From the NCBI RefSeq assembly GCF_009914755.1, contig NC_060929.1: a stretch of DNA of 64,000 nucleotides. One strand, written 5' to 3'. Source of the stretch: the human T2T-CHM13v2.0 reference genome, Homo sapiens. Of this stretch, positions 55,795 through 64,000 are shown in pieces. Numbering within the stretch: position 1 is the first letter of the stretch; the number at the start of each line of letters is the position of its first letter. The translations under genes and the position numbers were made by a program. The notes below the pieces were generated by a model. It was not told the DNA's origin. It worked only from the letters and a program-made list of their open reading frames with translations, and searched no databases.

Positions 55795-56270
55795 GTAGTG
55801 TGGCATTTTGTCTTTTCAAAGACAGTTACAACAGTAATGCTTATCTCACATATTCTATTCCCATCAAGAGTTGGGGTATATTTTTCCAACCCCTGTATTT
55901 GGGGATGAGCCTATGACTACCTTGATCAATAGAATATGGGAGAAGAGGCTTATGCCAGATATTGTATTAGTCCTGGGCAGCTTCTACATCCCACTCTATG
56001 GAATTCTGGAGCTCTAAGAAGTTCAGTCTAATCTGAGGAGAAGTGGGGGCATGAGAAGAAATACTTAGACACTAGATATGGAAGTGAAGAAGCCATCAAG
56101 AACATTCAGCCAGGCTAGTTATTAAATAACCTCAAAGCCCCATCTGCAAGCTGACTGCAAATGTGTGAGCAACATCAAGTGTTGTCTAAGTCCAATCAAA
56201 GCACAGAACCATGAGTAAAGTAACAAGATTTTGAGGTGGTTTGCTCTGCTGCCATAGATAGCAAGATCGT
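55795..56270 (+). mobile_element. Old MaLR LTR (MLT1H/G-like)
   Basis: ttcccatcaagag...gactaccttgatcaatagaatatgg...gaagtgaagaagccatc...ttgaggtggtttg...catagatagc. Confidence 0.7.
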
Positions 56271-56604
56271 ATAGTAACTAAAATGAAAATAAGACAACAA
56301 ATGAAGTAAGTAGAAAATGATCATAGTTAAAGTGAGAACTTAAGGAATTGGAATGTAAGACTAAGAATTAACAGAGGTTAGTAACATAAACAAGCTGTTA
56401 AGAAAAAAGGGAAATATAATAGAAAAGTTTAAAATTGTACCCTACCGAAGCTTCAGATATGGAAAATTGAAGCAATGACAAACAAGAGATAAATAAATGT
56501 AAGATAGTGAAACAACTTTCTAGAATTAAAGGCATAGTCCTAAAAATCAAGTATAATTTTTAATAATAAGTGATATATGAAAAAAAATCATAGCTAGATG
56601 CATT

Positions 56605-56762
56605 TTTTTTATTATACTTTAAGTTCTAGAGTACATGTGCACAACATGCAGGTTTGTTACGTATGTATACATGTGCCATGTTGGTGTGCTGCACCCATTA
56701 ACTCGTCATTTACATTAGGTATTTCTCCTAATGCTGTCCCTCCCCCCTTCCCCCACCCCACA
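56605..56762 (-). mobile_element. 5'-truncated L1PA 3' end
   Basis: L1PA 3'UTR ending at the G-tract. Perfect 11-bp TSD ctagatgcatt at 56594-56604 and 56763-56773. Confidence 0.95.
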
Positions 56763-56772
56763 CTAGATGCAT

Positions 56773-57073
56773 TGTTAAGGCTGAATTGTATACTCCATAA
56801 CCCATAGGTGGACGCTCTAACCCCTAGTACCACAGAAAGTGACTGTATTTGAATATAGAGGCTTTAAAGATATTTTTAAGTTAGGAGTCATTAAGACTGG
56901 CCCTAGTCCAATTCCAATGTTGTCTTTATAAGAAGAGAATATTCAGATACACACAGACACACCAAGAATGAGGAAAGATCATGTAAGGACACAATGAGAA
57001 GGTGGCCATCTGCATGCCAAAGGGAGAGGCTTCAGAAGAAACCAAATTGCTCAATATATTGATATTAGACTTC
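56773..57073 (+). mobile_element. MLT1B-like MaLR LTR, 3'-truncated
   Basis: tgttaaggctgaattg...gtgactgtatttgaa...aaggacacaatgagaaggtggccatctgca.gccaa.ggagaggcttcagaagaaacc. Confidence 0.85.
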
Positions 57074-57099
57074 AATTTAAATGAGTAAGCAGCTTACTA

Positions 57100-59625
57100 A
57101 AAATTTTCAAATATACATAGCAATCACTAAAATAGCTACAAGAGAAAACTGGGAAAATTGTAATCATTGTTGGAAATTTAGGAGACTAACAACAGCAGTT
57201 TTAAGCTGACAAACATTAGAAAAATATAAAAATCCTGAATAACAAGGTTAAATATATTAATATAGATGTAGATGGTTGTAAGTAAAATATAGACAAGTAG
57301 ATACTGAGGTAGCTGTAACACTCAAACAAAATTTATAAAGTTATGCTTAAGAATATGTGGAATATTTCCAAAGTCTACTACTTATAATATGACTCAACGA
57401 ATTATGTTTTGATGCAATTTAGAACAGTTTCTGGACACAGAAAAAAATAGAAATTAAAATTCAGTTAAAAAATTAAATTAGAAGTCAAAAACAAAATAAG
57501 AGAGTAATACAAGACCACTATACTTGGAACATTTTTAAAAATGAACTAATAATACGTGAGTCTGGAGAAATCATGACAAAAATATTATGTTTTGTATTTG
57601 AACCAGAATAAAAAATTATATATTGAATATTATGGGTTACAGTTGAATAATTACTTGGAGATTAATTGGTAATCTAAAGCACATGTATTTGAAAAAGGAT
57701 TGGAAAGAAATGCTAAGCCAGAAACTAGAAAAAGATCTTAAAATAGAAATTAAGAAATAACAGATAAATAAAAATTATAAAATATGAATGAAGAAAAATA
57801 GGACATGGCCAGAATTAAAAATACTTCTTTGGAATATTAATGATAATATTAATCACAATTAAAATAGTAATATTTGGTGGTGATTGACCTTTTACTATGT
57901 GACAGGTGCTTTTCTAAATGCTTCCTATTTACTACCTTATGCAGTCCTGGGAAGCTGGTACTTTAAATACAATCTCCTTTTTTTTTAGGTAAGGAAACAA
58001 TCATGAGTAGATTTTATAATTTGACCAGTCTATATACTAAGTGTTGGAAACATAATTTTATTCATATAAAATTCCCCCAGAAAAACTGATGAACAAAACA
58101 AGCAACATAGGACAGATTTAAAATATCTTGATTAAATATAAGGGAAAAATAAGTGATTGTAGATTTTTTAACTCCCAAAAGAATAGTCTATGTAATTTTT
58201 AAGCATTCCTATGTAATCTTAGAGAAATTTTATTGTTATCTCAAAAGCATTTGAGTTCAAAATTTACCTTTAAAATTTTAGAACCTCAATATCGAATATC
58301 TATTAGGAAATTAGAAATATAATTAAATAATTTTTCTGCTTCTCTAATTATATATCAAATCTAAATTAATTTATATATAAATTTAGCCAAATACTCAAAG
58401 GACAGATATTGTCAACTTTTTTGAAGAGAAAATTAATGTTGTCAAATTTATTTTATAAAAATAGAATAATCATGATAATGAAAGCAATAAAGAAACACAT
58501 ATTAAAATCAGGGACTGAAATCTTTATTAAGCCAAGTGTGAAAACCTCAGTAAAAGTTTAGCTAATTTAATCGAGTGATTATACTTAAAAATTAGATCAC
58601 GTTCAAACAGGTTTATTTCATGAATGCAAAGATGGTTCTTTCCTGAAATTGTATTTATGAAAAAATATCTCACTGGATGGCAAAATTAAAGTAGTGGTTG
58701 TCACAAATAAATACATAAAACCACATGAAATATAATGCATGCTATTGAAAACAATAAAAGCAATAGTGCTAAATTACTCAAAGCAATCCTATTAAACTGA
58801 AAGACCAAGATTGGCATGTCCACCAAGGTCTCTTTGATTCATTTATCAATTTTGTATGGAGAGATTTAGCAAGATAATAGGTCTATAAATTAAGTCAGAG
58901 ATACAATATTGGAAAAGAGGAGGTAATATTAATTGTCTTCCTAAAATTTAAAAAAGAAACAAATAATTACTAAGAGTAATGAAAAAATGTTTAGACAGCT
59001 GGTGGCTAGACTACCAACCAACGAAAATAGCAATGTTCCTTTAAGATAATAACAATTCTAAAATAAAAATTGAAATAGAAAAGACTTAACTTACAGTAGC
59101 CATAATGTCTATGGGTAACTACAAATGAATCTTAAACAGCAACAAAATAAAAATTATTCCCAGAGCAGCTTGATTAAACCACAGTTGGGAAAAAGATAAT
59201 TGTGAAGCAAAAGCCTAAGAAAAGATTTGTATAAATAATAAGAATTTAAAAATTCTAAGTGAAAAGACAAAAGACAATAGAAATTGGGTAAAAAATATTC
59301 ATCGAAAACTGAAAGAAAAAGAAAGCTGATGGGCAAATAAATATATTTAAAAATGCTCTGTCACATGAGTTAGTGGAAACAAATTAAAAGCACAGTAGAG
59401 AATAGCATATCAGATTCATTAGTTAAGAAAAAATAAAATACAAAAGCTGACATTACTATGTTATGACACCTTCAAAAGATCAGTAAGATATATTTGACCA
59501 CAGGTGGGATAGGGTTACGAGTTGTTTTAAGCACTTTGAAAGATCACTTTGGCAACAGGTAGTAAGTATAAATGTGCTAATACTATAAAACTCATGGAAT
59601 CTGCTTCTGTATATATAGCCTAGAG
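57100..59625 (+). mobile_element. Highly diverged L1M (L1ME-like) ORF2 remnants, with a MIR at ~57890-58060
   Basis: A-rich sequence with degenerate ORF2 motifs (aatcattgttggaaattt; ggtttatttcatgaatgcaaagatggtt; gcactttgaaagatcactttggca). Confidence 0.55.
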
Positions 59626-62600
59626 GTACAAGCTACTTCAGAGTCACTGATCAAAACAGAATGTATTTGGCATCTTAGAAGAATTTCTCACATTCATCTA
59701 TAATCTCAGGAAATCCTGTATTTCAATTTACCCCAGGAAATTTCAGCTAAAATCACTGGATTACATAGTGGAACACAAAAGCATGCATCATGGTCACAAA
59801 GAGTTACTTTCCAATAGATAGAGGAAGTGCTGTGGTAAAACTTTTTGGATTTTTATCTTGATCAGAAAAGAAAATACTATATTTTTAAAGAATTAAAAGA
59901 ATAAAACTGTGAAGAAAATAAATATCAGAGAAGTTGTTATCATTGGATTGAATGCAAATGGGACTGCCTAAAATGTATGTAATTTAAACTTAATAAATAG
60001 CATTTTATACTTGCATAAATGTGTATAGTCTGATAAAGTACACATTTCATACTGAATAAGTAATTAAATAAATGATAACTGATATCTTAAAATGCCTAAT
60101 ATCTTCAATTTATAATAAGCATGAGTTTGTTCCCAAGCACATCTCAACTTGTAACTATTCCTTTTTTAATGCTATGTCAGTATCTCCATTTTTCATTTTC
60201 ACTTTGTGGCTGGCCTGGTATAAATCTGCTCATGTTTAGTTATATATTACATAGTAGTTATCACTATTTAGTTACACTTTCTGTGTACTCTTCAGTTTCT
60301 CTGTAAAATGTTATGGTTCTTTGGGTCAGACTCAGGGCAAGACTGCACAAACAAGGCAACAAAGGTCTTGGCTGTGGCAGAAGTCTTCCAATATCTGATT
60401 AAACTATTCAGTCAACTCAAGTTTACTGTAGAAAGAAAAGATGTTGATTCATAAAAGTTCTAGTACCTCACATTGGTATGATTTCCAGATGTTTTAATTA
60501 CATATCACAATGCATCTCTTAACAATGAATGCACTAAACTGAACAGAAAAGTTACAGCCAGCTGGTTCTCTGTCAGGTTAAATAAGTTACATTCCTTGTT
60601 TCCAGCTATTTACTTTTATAGCTCTCAAGCCTCAATAACTCCAAGATTAGGAAGGATAGTCAATATTATACTGCATGGTACACCTCATAGATTTATGCAA
60701 ATTATATCATTCTATTACTTTTTGATGACTAATACATTGATTTTAATAGTAATATCTTCTGAATATTCTTGTTGTTTAGAAATAACTGATGTTACATAAT
60801 AGTGAACCTGTTTAGTTGCAAAATCACATTTTAATGCTTTTGTGTTTCTTCAGTATTCCTGCTTTTTTCACTTACCTTTGTTTGCTATTATTTCTTACTA
60901 AGGCAAGAAGATTCCCCACTTCCCTCAAAATATTACTATCTTTATATTACACACAGGCTAATTATCCTGCCCAATAATTTTCTTCCTTTTCTGTGATTAA
61001 AAATGTTCATAAAAATACAGCATATACATCTAATTCCATGTTACAAATTTCAGGTATCTCTATAAACAGTCCTGAAAATCAAAGGAGTAGAGGATGACTT
61101 GATTAACTTTAAAATAATGTCAGAGAGAAACCCAAAGATGAGTAAGGCCTGGTCCCTATTTTTAAAGAGCTTCTTAAATCTGTTTAATATTAAACTAAAC
61201 TGAAAATAACATGCCATCTATTTTTTTCAACTTTAATGAAATAATTGTGATAGCATAGAACCAATAAGTAGAGGGCACAAAGAAATAATTCAGCATCAAT
61301 CATTTTGCTCTGTAAGCCAGCTGTAGGAGAAAAAGAGAAAACTGTGGGTCCTTGCATTTTCACGTACCTGTGCAAAATTACTGCGAGTTCCCCAAGTCAC
61401 TTTATAGATACTAAGAGGAGTAAAAGGCTATAGTTTTTATAATTTGTCAAATATGTACAACTGATAAATGTTGTTCAGTTAGTGGTCTTGTGATATTATT
61501 ATTTCCCTAGACTGCTATAATATGAAGATAATAATTTACTGATAGATAAATATAAAACATATTGGCCCATTAAGTTATTTTCTCTTTTAATTTTGATTTT
61601 CTTTTGCTTTCCTTTTTGAAATTTTTCTATTCAAATGATAAGTTCTCTTTTGTATCTTGTGATAGCTGTAGAACTGAACCTTATATAAAAGCCATTTTAC
61701 ATCTTGATGCTTTATTATCAGTTTACACTTATTTCCATAGTGTCATTCTTGTTTTCAAATAATGTTTGATATATAAACTCATATGAAGGTAGTGGCTTGA
61801 ACATTTTTCCTTATTATTGCTGTAACAGTTACTATCAACATATTTTCTGGATATTATATTATTTAAGACTCAAGATATAAGTTATCTATATCCCAGATAG
61901 TTGTTCTCCAGTGACAGAATCAACTTTCCACTCATTAATAATAATTTTCATGTTTATGGCATTGAAAACATTTTTGTTTAAATTTTTTTGAAAAGCTTGA
62001 TGCAACTTCAGTAAGAATATTTTATCCCTTGAATAAAGGAACTTTTAATTTGCAAATAGAATACAAATGTAGTTCATTAAACTACATGAAATTCTTTAGA
62101 GAGCCTGCAATTATGTTTGATCAAAGAAATTTCCAGTTAATACAAAATTAAATATCAAATGCTTTGCACATAAAGTAAAGGAATTAAGTAAGTTCAACAT
62201 AATTGAAATTTACCTCCATTCATAAATACATATGTGACTTGACTTGTAAATATAGATATTTTTATTGAATTAATTTATCTAATAATTCAACTTTTACTTT
62301 TGTAATTTTGAGTATATTAGTAATTAAATAGAGTTTAAGGCAAAAAACAGTTATTTGAAAAATTACAACAAATTTGATTGTGGTATTAATTACAACATAT
62401 AGATTGTGGTAAATAGATAGGTTAAGGAGAATGACGTAATCACACAAAGAAATACGAGGAGGAAGGTTTCAGATCACTTAGCCTCTGTGAGAGGCATTCG
62501 TGCTTAGACTACAGCAAGCTGGGTGTATCATGGTTTTGCTGCATGGGAATCCACTTTCCCCTTGTTCTTTTTCTAGTGAATACAGTAAAATTGACTGAAG

Positions 62601-63670
62601 ACTTAATAGTGGGTAAAAAGCAGTGTGTGTGGAGATGCCAAAATGTCTGAGATTAGATGTAATCTATTTTAGAGAGATCTGGGTAAAGGCAGCTGTGCAA
62701 CATCTGGGATCTTGAGGTCCTAGGGAAATTTGGAATCCCTTTGGCTTTGCAGAGAACACTGTTGGTTCTCTTGGGAATATGAGTTTGAGTGAAGACCTTT
62801 CCAGGGGTTTCATGCAAAAATTTCATTCCCAGAAGCTAACTGTCAGACAAAAACAGGAGCATTTGGAGTATCTTAGCAATCTTGCTTATACCCGCAAAGA
62901 TGAAGAGTAACATATAAAGATCACCGTAAATAAAAATTTGAATTTAGTAGCAAATTTTAAGTGCAAATATGACCAATTGTGTTTGATGATTTATTAGATG
63001 TGATTCATTTTAAAGTGCCTGTTGAATTAAATTACAGACAGTTTTACTGCTGTTATTTGAAATATGTCCTATACATGGAAAGCACTAGAATTTCAATGTG
63101 TTGCTCTAAGTATTTTAATGTTTAAATAGAGTCAACTTTGATATTTTGAAAATATTTAAAATGATCTTTCCACCTTAGTAATTTCAGCAAAGTAAATTCT
63201 CTATAATAATTTGGCATGAAATTAAAAAGGTAGACTTAAATGGAAAAAATAACAGGTTCTTTTATGTTTCCTTGTATGAGTTTAAAGATCAATTATTTTA
63301 TCATTAATTCTTTTAGAAGCAATAGAGGTATTTTAATTTTTTTACTTGTTTCAAAGCTGTATTTCTACCTCTTCTGTATTATTTTATAAACATTTTTAAT
63401 CATAAAGTTTTCCATTTATATAGATTAGTTTTTATTTGCTTGGATAATCTCTTAGTAGATGTGTTCTGAATATGAAAAAATGCTATCTTTTTAATTGTTT
63501 TGCATCTCAAAGGATTTATCTTTGCTGTTAATAGCTTTCTTTTAATCTATTTGAAAATTTCTTTAAATGATTTATCTAACTTTCATGATTAGAGTGAAAA
63601 TCTATGGAAGATTTTGGATAAAAAGAAAAATACAAATAAATATTTAAATACACTTAAGAAAGACTTACTA

Positions 63671-63995
<325 letters not shown>

Positions 63996-64000
63996 TTACC

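Noticed and set aside
62440-62860. Slightly GC-richer tract that may be an old ERVL LTR
   Set aside because: I could not identify termini or family from the sequence alone.

Overview
AT-rich primate genomic DNA (AluY present, so catarrhine or human-like) from an intergenic or deep-intronic region. I find no intact protein-coding gene. Nearly every ORF in the track is transposon-derived or a chance ORF. Main contents: (i) a full-length but coding-dead HERV-L provirus with MLT2A LTRs (43797-50362, minus strand, perfect 5-bp TSD), plus a solo MLT2A LTR (10856-11303, plus strand); (ii) a processed RPL14 pseudogene split by an L1 3' end; (iii) a full-length Hsmar2 mariner and a MADE1 MITE; (iv) a ~10 kb nest of L1s at 22.9-32.9 kb; (v) eight short 5'-truncated L1PA insertions, several with unusual structures (twin-primed inversion, a ~46-bp micro-insertion, a replaced 3' end); (vi) six Alus, MaLR and MER34 LTR fragments, old L1M/L2/MIR remnants and microsatellites. 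I cannot support a new biological system with confidence. The best testable lead is an MLT2A LTR-driven spliced transcript, joining the LTR donor at 43907 to a candidate 99-nt exon at 36294-36196. Repeat subfamily names come from recalled consensus sequences, not a database search. Boundaries of old repeats are approximate.
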